Below the pieces are notes generated by a model. That model saw only the letters and a list, made by a program, of their open reading frames with translations, was not told where the DNA came from and searched no databases. From contig JAKMXF010000300.1 of the NCBI GenBank assembly GCA_024704765.1, positions 1 to 64,000 of the forward strand: DNA of 64,000 nucleotides, in the 5' to 3' direction. Source of the DNA: Oopsacas minuta. Taxonomy: Eukaryota; Animalia; Porifera. The position numbers and the translations under genes are program-made. Positions 43,922-55,100 of this stretch are shown here, one piece after another (the first letter of the stretch is position 1; each line of letters begins with the position of its first letter).

Positions 43922-45098
43922 TCACATGATCGCATACTTATCGATTGAGCTAGGTTTCTTCTTGTTCCTCCTAATAATGAGCACAACTCCGATTACGATA
44001 AACACTACCAAAGATACTACTACTATTAGTATAATTATGAGTACCACCAGCAACCAAACTATTTTTCCTCGTGACATCTGGGAGAGCTGGCTATCACAAG
44101 TAAGTGCATCCGTCACTGAACATCCCTCATCAATCCATGTCTGTCTATGCCTGTCTATCCCGTCAGAACATCTTCTTAACCTTACTACACCAACCGCAAC
44201 TAAAGCTGGAGTAACAAGATATATTTCTACAACTTTCCCACGAATCTGCGACTACACAATTAGGTACTGGATCCAGTTGAAACACTGTTCCTTCTAACAT
44301 CAATCCTTCACCTAGTCTAACCCTGTGATAAGTGTATATTACATTTACATCCACCAGTTCAACTAAAAATGCATCTGCCACCCCAATTAAACTCGTGTAA
44401 TTCATTGCAGAAGTCTCATTTAGTAGTGCGGGTATATCTTTGTATAGGAATAGTATTTTCCCGTTTTTGTATACGATTGTTTCAAATGTGAAAAATCCAA
44501 TTTCAGGACGTCCATTTAACGTAACTTTCTCCCAGAGCACAATAATCCTATCCTCATCTATCTGGTAGTATATTTTAGATTCTGAATTCTGTGATGGATT
44601 AAAATCTGCTGAAAATGGTGCTATGTACTGTGTTAGGTGAATATACGGATGAGGTGTGTTAAATATAGATAGAAAACCAGCTGTTGTTATAGATACCTGT
44701 GAGACTAGATGACCGTAGAATGGCAAATCGAAATCAATGTTAATGTACTTTAGGTATGTGTTGGATAGTACTACGTGATGTGATGTATTCAAAGTTAAAT
44801 CTATCCAAAGTTCATTGAATACTCCACTCTCGCTCGGATAGAATGTTGATAAGTAGTATGTGTGGTTGTCTTCCACCATCATTTCATTTGATTGACGTTT
44901 ATAACGTATTTCATCCGTTTCATATTTCGGTGCGTATAAATCTTCGATTCGCTTTGTGTTATCATTTCGTGGTTGTCTGTGATATTTCGTGGGTGCAAAT
45001 GCTATCTCTTCTCTGATTGGTGTAAAATGTATTTCATCCAAAGTTATGGATGTTACATATACGATTGAAAGGAATACAATAAGAATTGACAACTTCAT
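43922..45098 (-). CDS. PLXDC1/2: Plexin domain-containing protein (TEM7-like: signal peptide, NIDO-like domain, PSI, TM) interrupted by a 1-nt frameshift near 44172
   Basis: FDLPFYGH.V....ITTAGFL, TQYIAPFSADFNPS, FTFETI..KNG.I.F.YK, IG.ADAF, IY.YHRV, CGWCSKV. The shifted frame continues CSDGIDRHRQTWIDEGC into a TM segment and tail (stop at 43922). Confidence 0.85.
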
Positions 45099-45439
45099 TT
45101 GGCTAGGCTAAAATATGAGTTTCTTTGCAGAATATCTCAATTTATGTATTTTATTTCGTTTATAGAATATTATTGATAAATCTTGGGTTGAATATTCTAT
45201 TAGTTATAATATAATTAACCTCAATGATTTGTAAGGACTATCATTTCATTATTTGCTTATAAGGTTATTATGTCATCAGTTATCTGCTCATGTAAACAGA
45301 TATATTTAATCATTTCTAATCTGATTGGTTATCACATTAGGTCCAAAAATTTTCGTGACAACCTCTGGTGTAGGCTTTCTTCAAGCAGAACTTGGAACAA
45401 CGAGAGCAATAAGTAGGATATTCAGAAGTGAAGACTGTT

Positions 45440-45800
45440 CGTTGAAATTATGTCCTGTCTGGTTACGTGGAGGAACAGATCAATGTGAGATTGAAGGCCA
45501 TGCCAAGTAGCTATTGATACTACAACACAAAATATATTTGTTTGACAGATAACATAGCTAAAATACTTGATGTATTCAATATGAAGGTAACCTCTATACG
45601 AAATACAGATACCTGGTAAACCTATTGGAATAGTTCTAACGGATACATTCACTTTCTCTACTTTATCAAGTCTCATGAAGATTGAGAAATATACCAATAA
45701 CTATATCAAATCTATTCAGACAGAAGATGTAGTCTAAGGAATGGACATTGACAGTAGTAATTATATTTATGAATGTGAAGTTTTGTTCGAAGCTGGACCA
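45440..45800 (+). pseudogene. Degraded NHL-repeat gene
   Basis: LKLCPVWLRGG; VAIDTTTQNIFV*; YEIQIPGKPIGIVLTD..; IKSIQTEDVV*GMDIDSSNYIYECE, with stops and frameshifts. Confidence 0.6.
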
Positions 45801-46432
45801 CTTTTGGCCAGAAAAAAATTACTCAAATATAAATGCTGAGATTTGGTAATTTCACTTGTTGGCAAGATGTGAGCGTAGCAACTTTTTATAGTGACACATT
45901 CCAATAGAGCATAGGCGCAATTATAGCCATATTGGGTGGACGCCTGCCCAACCAGATTCAGCTCCACCAATACTAAAGGTGGGCCAGATGTCATCTCCGT
46001 CTAAACTGCCTCAGGAGCATAGTAGTTTGTGTTTGTTCTAGCAATATTCAATAGCTATAGCTAATCTGTTTAACCATAAAATGATATTACGTACCTACCT
46101 TAGATCTGTAAATTTTTGTTATCAAAAATTTGTATGTTTTATAAGCCACGAAAAATAACACTAATTATTCGTGGTACCCTGAGTTCTGTAGATGTGTAAG
46201 CCACGACCCACAAAATTATTTACACGAAAAATTTCCGGAGATACAATTCTGTGCGGGAGACTAAATTCCTTACTCATGGATGATTGCCTTTATGAGCTAT
46301 TACTGTTATCTTGCCGAACAACCATGGATGCATAATTTCTACAAATTTTTGAAAGCGAAATATAGATTAGATGAAATTTTTCGTGTGATTGTACAAAGTA
46401 ACAATACTATTTTTGTAGAGATTATAAATTAG

Positions 46433-47110
46433 ATGACATTTTTCTACTTTGTCAGTTCAGGAGCTGTGACTTTCGCACCTTGTCTATTCCTCTGGAGATT
46501 AACTCCTCTAGCTGACTCTCCTTTCTTATACAGATTCCTAACAGTAGGAGCTATCTATATAATCACTCAGTTTTCTAAATTCCTCCTAATCGCTACCTTC
46601 TTCCCTGAATATGATATACTAACTCACAACTTTGTATTTATACAAGAGTTTTTCAAATGTACAATGTATATTGTTGAATTGATTGGTATGGAAATAGCAC
46701 TACTGTATTTCTCACACAAATTCGACTATAGAGTTCTAACAGTTGGCTCTAGCTGGGCAACCTGTCAAGCTATAGCATCTAAACTACTACCTTTATGGTT
46801 CGGTGGTAGAAGCTACGAGTTTTCTTGGGATGTGATTGTACTAGCTTTGAGAAGTAATGTTGAATTAGTTCTCATGCTTTCTACTGTATATCTGATCTTT
46901 ATTATTATCAACTCTAAGAGATACGCTAACCAATCTCTATACTCGATTTCCTTGTTGTTTCTAATTACATACTATCCACTGCTTATATCTTATATAGGAA
47001 TTATCAAATCTGTATCTCAGCTAATGCTATTAATCGCAGAGTTCTTATTCTCTACTTCTGTAGCTGCAGGAACTTATTTACTATATTCTAGATCTCTTAT
47101 AAAAGTATAG
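46433..47110 (+). CDS. TMEM147: Transmembrane protein 147 (nicalin-NOMO/BOS complex), intronless
   Basis: MT.F.F, Q..K.LL.ATFFP, F..EF.K, ELIG, WAT...I.S..LPLW.G.R..EF.W. Confidence 0.9.
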   Translation: MTFFYFVSSGAVTFAPCLFLWRLTPLADSPFLYRFLTVGAIYIITQFSKFLLIATFFPEYDILTHNFVFIQEFFKCTMYIVELIGMEIALLYFSHKFDYRVLTVGSSWATCQAIASKLLPLWFGGRSYEFSWDVIVLALRSNVELVLMLSTVYLIFIIINSKRYANQSLYSISLLFLITYYPLLISYIGIIKSVSQLMLLIAEFLFSTSVAAGTYLLYSRSLIKV

Positions 47111-47211
47111 ATATTATCAGTGATGTAATGATAATTGTATTCCAATTATTTGTGAATTGATTGATGAGTAATTCTATGTGTAGATTGGTACGTAACCGGT
47201 TTTATATGAGT

Positions 47212-47386
47212 TTGTCTAACTGGCGATGATCGTTCCGAACGATTAACACCTCTTTAAACATTAGTTTGATAACAAAGGTGAGCTTTCAGTATTTTGGAAG
47301 AAGTGACCTTTCGATGTGTTGTATAGTGTATTTCCATATATTAATTGGTGTTCATCGTTCAGAACGATCATCTCTCGTTAGACAAC
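47212..47386. mobile_element. Foldback MITE-like element with ~39-bp imperfect TIRs
   Basis: TTGTCTAAC....GATGATCGTTC.GAACGAT.AACACC at 47212-47250, and its reverse complement at 47347-47386. Confidence 0.7.
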
Positions 47387-47636
47387 CCTTGTTATATTAT
47401 TAAGATAATTTCACAAGTGTGTCAGTAGATTCTATTTTCATTCTATAATAAATATGAAAATCTTCCAAACACGATAGTGTGATCGTAGAAATCATACAGT
47501 CATGATAACCATATAGGGAATCTTTCCCAAGTATAAATAGAGTTAATTTGAGGAACATCTGTTGTCCAGATTCCATATTTGGTAGTTTATATATTCAGTA
47601 TATTGTATTTTGATTATTGAATTTAGCAATATTCAA

Positions 47637-48245
47637 ATGCAAAAAGAAGTACACCGCTATAAAGTGATTATAGTCGGCAATGGAGGAGTAGGTAAAACCT
47701 CTTTCATCACGAGATATGTCCATAACGAGTATCTAAAGAGTTATAAGCCAACTCTTGGAGTTGACTTCTTTGTAAAAAAGCTTGACATAGATAATGGATC
47801 TCGTGTGCATTTACACTTGTGGGATATTCAAGGACAAGAATGCGCTATGAATATGACCAGTACATTCTACCGTAAGGCAAATGCTGCAATTCTTATGTTC
47901 GATATTACTCAGAGAAAAACATTTGAAGATATTCGTATTTGGAAACAAGATATTGATACTAAAATATTTCGAGACACTTGTCCGTGTATTTTGCTCGGTA
48001 ATAAATCTGATCTAAAAGCAATGCAAGAAGTTGAAGAGAGTGAAATGAAGAATTTATGTCAAGAACTTGGCTTTGTTCACTACTCAGAAATATCAGTAAA
48101 ACAAAATTTTCATGTAAAAGAATCAATGAATATTTTAGTAGAGAACTTAATGGATAATACTGAAGGAATATTTGATAGTGTAGTTAGTCAAACTGAAGGT
48201 ATTGTGCACGTTAATGACAATGTACAGAAGAGATGTTGTGCTTGA
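47637..48245 (+). CDS. RAB32/38: Rab GTPase of the Rab32/38/29 clade
   Basis: GNGGVGKTS, YKPTLGVDF, LWDI(Q)GQE..NMT..FY, WKQDID.K, PCILLGNKSD, C-terminal CCA. Likely start is the ATG at 47637. Confidence 0.8.
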   Translation: MQKEVHRYKVIIVGNGGVGKTSFITRYVHNEYLKSYKPTLGVDFFVKKLDIDNGSRVHLHLWDIQGQECAMNMTSTFYRKANAAILMFDITQRKTFEDIRIWKQDIDTKIFRDTCPCILLGNKSDLKAMQEVEESEMKNLCQELGFVHYSEISVKQNFHVKESMNILVENLMDNTEGIFDSVVSQTEGIVHVNDNVQKRCCA

Positions 48246-48934
48246 AGTAAAGGGTAGAATTTCTATATTGTGGAATATATTAAATATGCTTTCTGAATTA
48301 TATATAAGATATTTTGTTTATATATTTGTGATTATTTATAGCCAAATTAGAAGGGAGCGATTCAATATTATTAATATGGTGCTACTTTTAATAGTAACAT
48401 TCTCAAATGCACTTCTAATTAACAATCGCATCAGGAGCTTAGCATTATTTGAGATAGATACTGCTATTGTATTTATTAGCTAATTAAGAAAACCTTTTCT
48501 CCTTTTTTGGGAGTTAATGGATAGATTCATGGAAAATGTAATCCTAGGAATTATCATTCACTCAAATTGTTTCTAATTGGGTGTCAGTGAACAATATAAG
48601 TACCCTGTACCCTGTACCCTGTAATAATATTCATTTACGTATTTCACGAACTCACATTGAGTCTCATATCAAGTTATTCTTACGAGATCTTTTTTCAAAA
48701 GAAAGGTGTTTTAGAAGAAATTTTCAGTTTTTATTTCACATTTGGAATGTATTCAAGAACTAATAACTTAGAAACACTTAGACATGCATGGTATTTGTAC
48801 TCAAATTAATAATTATACTATATTAGATAGTATTTGGATCTACAATATTGCACCAAAATGAGCGCTAATTTATCTGTAGTTATTATAAAAGGAGGCAGTA
48901 AGTATGGTTAATTATTATATTATCTTCTTTCACG

Positions 48935-49738
48935 ATGAAAACCTTCTTCACCATTCTCGCGCTTTTCACTTTCGTTACTGCGTTAGCAGGAGTTAATCCT
49001 CCATCACCTACGAACCCACCTCCCCCACCTCCATCTCCTCCTCCCTTTCCCTGTAAAGCTCGAGTCCCAGATGACTACTTCACTACAGGTGTATACCGTG
49101 AATCTATCATTGATACACTAATGTTAACATCTAAAACCGCTTACCCTAAAACCTATCGCATAGGACTCGGTGAATACATGCAAGCTGTATACTACACCGG
49201 AAATATGTCTATGTTCAATGAAACGTTTACTATTATTGAAGGAGGCACTGGTAAAGTCATCTCGAGAGGCTGGAACTGGGTTTTAGTTAAAGAAGGCGTA
49301 CGGTATTCAATGACTAGTGTGAATGGGGGTGTAACTCACTGCACACGAACTGAAGGATATACTGTTGAGAAGATGTCTACTATTATGGAAGGTCTTAACA
49401 CATTATATCCGATTCGTGGAGAACCTGTTGATCCTAATAGACCGCATATGTGTGAAGGAATCTTACCTCCTACTGAACGATACCCTGGCTGTATAATGAC
49501 CGTGGGGTGGACACCAGGTCCAACAACAAAGACAACTGACCCTCTCCTCTTCATTACATCAGTTTCTAACACGACATCTAGCTTATCAGATATCCGCGAA
49601 ATGAGACCGCTAACCATTGATACCGATAAACCTCTTTTCAACAATCCATGCAAACCGAGTGATACTATAACACCACCTCCCTCAGTCAGATGGAGTGGAA
49701 TTGCTAGACACCTGACCAGAAGTTCCATGCGTACTTAA
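48935..49738 (+). CDS. Secreted protein with signal peptide and poly-Pro N-terminus, tentatively ependymin-related (EPDR)
   Basis: Signal peptide MKTFFTILALFTFVTALA. PC..VP.DY.TG, LVKEGVRY......C and LF..PC resemble EPDR's PC.APQQWEG, LLYKDGVMF......C and VF.PP..C. Confidence 0.55.
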   Translation: MKTFFTILALFTFVTALAGVNPPSPTNPPPPPPSPPPFPCKARVPDDYFTTGVYRESIIDTLMLTSKTAYPKTYRIGLGEYMQAVYYTGNMSMFNETFTIIEGGTGKVISRGWNWVLVKEGVRYSMTSVNGGVTHCTRTEGYTVEKMSTIMEGLNTLYPIRGEPVDPNRPHMCEGILPPTERYPGCIMTVGWTPGPTTKTTDPLLFITSVSNTTSSLSDIREMRPLTIDTDKPLFNNPCKPSDTITPPPSVRWSGIARHLTRSSMRT

Positions 49739-49950
49739 TTAAAATTCGAATTTAGTAGTGATTTATTGTGTGAGATTATGTATTCTATTGTTTGCCTATT
49801 TTTCGAAGGTTTATTCTATATGGAGATAATTTGAGATCAAATTTGTTTCTTTAAAGTGCTTTCTAATAATTAAATATAAAGTTAACTTAAATAATTCACA
49901 TAATTATTAATCCCTGTAATTACTGTGCGGGCTAGTACTATCACATAGTA

Positions 49951-50007
49951 TAGTGGCTCAGTTCTAAAATGGTTGACTTAGCCAACCATTTTAGAACTGA
50001 TCCACTA
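49951..50007. repeat. 57-bp near-perfect hairpin (TIR-only mini-element?)
   Basis: TAGTGG-C-TCAGTTCTAAAATGGTTG-ACTTAGC-CAACCATTTTAGAACTGA-T-CCACTA. Confidence 0.85.
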
Positions 50008-50300
50008 ATTTTCCTAGAGATTAGCTTCCACTTGTCTTGTTAAATTGGGGGTAAACAGGGACGTAGAATTCGATTTTGACGATAAAATGTTGACGATAAT
50101 ATTGGACTCTAATTTCTAAACTGAAAAATTAAGTTAAATAATCCAAATATTTCCATAAAGTAGCGCCTTCGCGTTCCCCCTGGAATTTAAAGTAAGGGAA
50201 CAGCGTTCCTCCCCCGTTCTCCCAATACACCCCTGGTTATGAGATGATGATCTTATATACATGATACTTTGTATATCTAAATACACTTGTTTGCTGAAGG

Positions 50301-51905
50301 ATGGCAAATCATACTAGCTTGAAAACTATTGTATTTTGTTTATCCCCAAATTCTCAATTCCCACTTCTAACCATCAAAGAGCTCCTATCCCTATCGCTCA
50401 ATTCAACTAGCTTTGTAACACATACAATCACTTATAATGATATATTCATTACTCCGTGGATAGAAAATACAAATATATTAATTCTTGACCAAACAGATGA
50501 CGTAGACATATCCTTATTATCAAAACAGTTAAATATTTTCCAGGAACAATTTAGTGGTTGTGTGGTTAGTTTTGATTCTAAATATTCCAGTTTTTGTCAT
50601 CAAAACTATTCTGTCAAACTATTATCTGATTGCAATAATACAAACATTGTTCAAGCAAATTCAGATTCACAAGGGAATAATACAAACCGACAACAAAACA
50701 TAGAAGATTTTATTAGTGTATACGCAATACAGAGTGGTGTTACAATTGTTTGTGATGCTCGTTTACTAAAATTATTAACAGAGGACAAGGATATGACGTG
50801 TAAGCTATATTTGTTCAAACAGCTGATGTATAAGTGTGGTATTTCAACATTATCAGATTCTATTCCTAACCCTAAGATTACAGCAGGTTATTTGGTGATT
50901 GAGGATCTGGTTTTGAAGAATAAATTTCTCGGTGAAATACAAGCAAATTACGCATCAAAACCATTCAAAGAAAGTGAATTAAAGATCTCATTTCTACCAA
51001 GTATTAGTCCAGAATGGAAAGAGCCATCTCATAACTTTTTACCTATCTCCTTTGACAAAAATCCGCCTACTAATCTATTCGATACAGATTTATATTTCCA
51101 GAATATAAATACGAATTATTTAGGCCGTGCTTTGATTTACAGTGAAGTCACAACTTCATCCCTTGATATTCTCAATCCAAGGTTTGTATTCTCTCTATCT
51201 GGGGATTTATCTTTGCTAGTTCTCTGTAGCATACAAACACAGGGTAGAGGTAGGGGACCAAACCAATGGGTGTCTCCATCAGGTTGTCTCATGTTTTCTC
51301 ATCTCATTTCTATCAAACAGAAATCATTCTTATTTGCACGAGTGACTCTACTGCAACATATAATTTCTGTTGCAATAGTGCACAGTATTAGATCTATACA
51401 AGAGTATGAGAATGTAGATTTATGTCTAAAATGGCCGAACGATATATACTATGGTAATAGTATGAAATTGGGTGGAGTTCTTGTGAAGAATTATTCAATG
51501 GGTAGTACAAACAAATGTATTTTCTCTGTTGGTATGAATGTAGCGACTGAAAAATTGTTCTCTTTGAATTCTGTAATTGATGAATATAACATGAAAAATA
51601 AATCATCTCTCCCTCACTTAAGACTAGAGTACGTATTAGCTAGAACTCTCAATATATTAGAAATATTTCTCGAAGATATTGAAGCAGGAAGGTTAAGTGA
51701 AATTCTAGAACTTTATTACAAATACTGGCTACATGCTGATGCCGAAATAACTGTATGGAATTCAGAAGATAATTTCATTATACAGGCTCTTGATGAATAC
51801 GGATATCTTACTGTAAAATCTAAAAATGATGAACAAGTATACAGTATACAACCTGATGGGAATTCCTTTGATATGCTCAAAGGCTGTATCACGAAGAAAG
51901 TTTAG
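50301..51905 (+). CDS. HLCS: Holocarboxylase synthetase / biotin-protein ligase, 534 aa, intronless
   Basis: QTQGRGRG.NQWVSPSGCLMFS, LKWPNDIYYG..MKLGGVLV, QPDGNSFDMLKG. Confidence 0.95.
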   Translation: MANHTSLKTIVFCLSPNSQFPLLTIKELLSLSLNSTSFVTHTITYNDIFITPWIENTNILILDQTDDVDISLLSKQLNIFQEQFSGCVVSFDSKYSSFCHQNYSVKLLSDCNNTNIVQANSDSQGNNTNRQQNIEDFISVYAIQSGVTIVCDARLLKLLTEDKDMTCKLYLFKQLMYKCGISTLSDSIPNPKITAGYLVIEDLVLKNKFLGEIQANYASKPFKESELKISFLPSISPEWKEPSHNFLPISFDKNPPTNLFDTDLYFQNINTNYLGRALIYSEVTTSSLDILNPRFVFSLSGDLSLLVLCSIQTQGRGRGPNQWVSPSGCLMFSHLISIKQKSFLFARVTLLQHIISVAIVHSIRSIQEYENVDLCLKWPNDIYYGNSMKLGGVLVKNYSMGSTNKCIFSVGMNVATEKLFSLNSVIDEYNMKNKSSLPHLRLEYVLARTLNILEIFLEDIEAGRLSEILELYYKYWLHADAEITVWNSEDNFIIQALDEYGYLTVKSKNDEQVYSIQPDGNSFDMLKGCITKKV

Positions 51906-52101
51906 TTATATAGTTCACTGTATCGAATAATTCTTAGTTTAATTATTTTAGGAACGGGGAGAGCACTTTAGAAATATTCGTTATACATCAGTAGAAAAAT
52001 AGAATTCCAATTATAGCATTATTTCCTTATTATTTTTATTATTTTCTTTACATTTCTTTAAAGTGTTTTAGTTCTTAGCTTTATTTATTCTTTAATCTTT
52101 A

Positions 52102-55100
52102 ATGGCCTCAAATACTCAAGGACAAATTGGGAGTGAGTTGAAATATTATTCTATCATAAATTTTGCTTAATTACTTTTTATTCATTTGTTTTGCTTAGGA
52201 TCCCACGGACAAAGAGTACCTCCTTTAATTAAGGTTATAATTAACACACTAAAGAATTATCCAGACGGCAGTCAAATTTTAAAGGTAAGAATTTGGGGAT
52301 TACATGGAGTGTACTATTTAGTTTTACAAGACCAGAATTATGACATCACGCTTGGTCTATATTGCCCCTTAACATTGAATACTTATTTGTTTGATATTCT
52401 TTTAATGGAAATACGTATTTATGTAGGAGCTGATACAGAACGCTGATGATGCGGGTGCGAGTGAAGTAGAATTTCTTCTTGATGAGACTATTCATAGCAC
52501 AGATCAGCTGATTCATCCATCTGTAGATAAGTATCAAGGATCTGCTCTCTATGTGTGGAATAACGGAGTATTCCAGGATGAAGATTGGGAAGGAATCAGA
52601 AATATTGGAGATAGTGGGAAGGAGAAAAAAGTGCTCAAAGTGGGGCGGTTTGCACTTGGTTTTATTTCGGTGTATCACCTCACAGGTTGGCTGATAATTA
52701 TCGATTATATGCATTTACCTTCTGGTAACTAAATTTTTTTCTGTTCTAAATGTATACCACGTAGATATTTCAATTATCTCAAAACATAACGAAATTTTCG
52801 CTTCGAGTTATTTTGGTATCTTAAATAGAAAAGGATTGTGTCAGTTATCCTATTTATTTCCCTCAGATTTTCCTTGTATTCTAAGCAACAATGACGTTCT
52901 CCTACTAGACCCTCACATGATAATTGATAATACAGGAGGCCTATTAATTAGCTTAGAAGAGTTCACTAAAGAACGATCTATTGCTAGCCATTATGAATCT
53001 TTTCACAATTATTTCGGTTTCAAAGGAGATTATCATTATAACGGTACTATATTCAGATTCCCGCTGAGAACAGGTGACTATGAAACTAAATTGCCGAATA
53101 ATGTGTACAACCCAGCCAAAGTTATGAATTTTCTTTTTAAGCCTTTCAAAAGGGAGGTTGAGAATTGTTTATTGTTTATGAAGAGTGTAAACAAAATTAG
53201 TGTGTCAGTGAAAACTAATTCTAGAACAGATCTATTTTATTCTTCTGAAATAAACTCAGCATTTAGAGCAGGGCTAACTACTCATAGAAAAGAAATATTT
53301 CAGTTTGTAGAGAATATACACTATCTCAGTTCTACTCTTATCTACATATCTGTATTTCCTATATGTACCATGGAAGCGGATCAAGCTCTACACTACCGTA
53401 TATGGTATGTGATTAATATATTAGGTCTTGGGGGTAGTGATGATCTGAAGAGTTCATACTCCAAACAATCAGATGATAGCTATATACCCTGGTTTGCTAT
53501 AGCTCTCCCTCTTCCTTATAATCAAGACACGCTATCTGCTATTGATACATACTGCTGGACTGTTGAATATACTGATTTACAAGGTTTATCCGATTTCATA
53601 CAAACTCTACCTCTTATTTCAATTTCCTGTGTTGATGAAAAGTTTATAGGAAACTTATTCTGTTTCTTACCTATCGCAGCTAGCTCTAAATTTCCTTTTC
53701 ACATCCATGGTTACTTTTCTCTCTCTACCAACAGGCGTAGTATCAAGTGGCCTAGACATGATGACGTTAGCAATGAAGCTAATTGGAACAGAGCATTGGT
53801 AGAAGGCTTAGGTACAATTTGCTATGCTGTTCTTGTACACTTAATGGTCTCAATATTAAATAATGAGGGTGTTAATTGGTTTCATTATAACTTGATGTTT
53901 TATAAACATGTTGGTAACGAAGAGGATCAATTGGAATGCGTGTTGCATCGAGGAGCTTTTGAGCTTTTACAATATACGAAGTTAGTTTGGAATATAACTG
54001 AGTTAAATTGGGTTGAACTTGGATCCGGATACTACTTTCCTTCTACTGTAAAAGCTTGTAATATTCCCCATGAAAATGTTTGTAAATCTCTCCTTCAAAT
54101 CCTCTCTCAACCAATAATTAAACTACCCATTGAAATGGCTGATGTTTTGCATAATTACGATTTCTTGTTTGACAAAGTTGAGGATATGATTATTAATCCA
54201 AATTTCATACGATCTCTGTTAATTGATTTCAATGAAAATGGAAAATTAATAAATTTCTTGAAAATACGAGAGAATGTGTGTTCTTTGATTGAAATCATTC
54301 TTTCTGATTTGGATTTTGAGGGATATGAGGATTTTTCCGTTCTCAATGGCATTCAATTAATACCAATTTGTAATTCAGAAGTTCCAATGCTATTTGGTAG
54401 TAATGAAATATATTACATTAGCGAAGGACCGCAAGATTTTCTGAAACTTTTTCCAGGATTAGAACGCTCTTTTATAAATCCAACTCTTCCTCCAAACATA
54501 TATAAATCTCTCTTAGCATTAAGCCGCACAGGACAAGTGAACTTAGAAGATATTACAGACTTACCTAATAAGCCTGGTTATTTTACTAGTTTACTGGAAA
54601 ATTCCATGAAGAAATTCTTTAATTTTGATTTCCAGATTATATGGAAACCTCGGGAGGCAGGACAACCTGATAAATCATGGATAGAGTCAATATGGAAGTT
54701 CATTGACCAGGACCAGGGATTAATAAACATCCTAAAAACTCGTGAGCTTCCTATTCTACCCAAACAAAATATAAACAATCATGAAATAGAATTGCTTTCA
54801 ATCAGAACTACACCAATGCTCTATATCCAACACAGCACAATTCCTATACACTCGACAATAGAAGAATTATTAGTAGCTTGTGGTTGTCATATTTGTCATC
54901 ATAACATATTCATTCTGCCATTCCATTCATTTGTACAGCCTCCGATCCCACAGGGTTTTTTCTCCATCCTTCAACAAACTCAAATTCAACGTAAATTTAT
55001 TGAGAAGCTATCACTGGCAGATGATTCAGTTAAACGTGCAGTTATCAATATTATTCTGTCAATAGATTTTGCGTTAGTAGGACCTGAAATGAATATCACT

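Noticed and set aside
48600-48622. (TACCCTG)3, reminiscent of the telomere-like unit
   Set aside because: Only three 7-bp units with a different period; compatible with ordinary slippage.
48898-48934. GTAAGT donor and pyrimidine tract just before the EPDR-like ATG
   Set aside because: The would-be acceptor is CACG, not YAG, and the intron would be only 37 nt.
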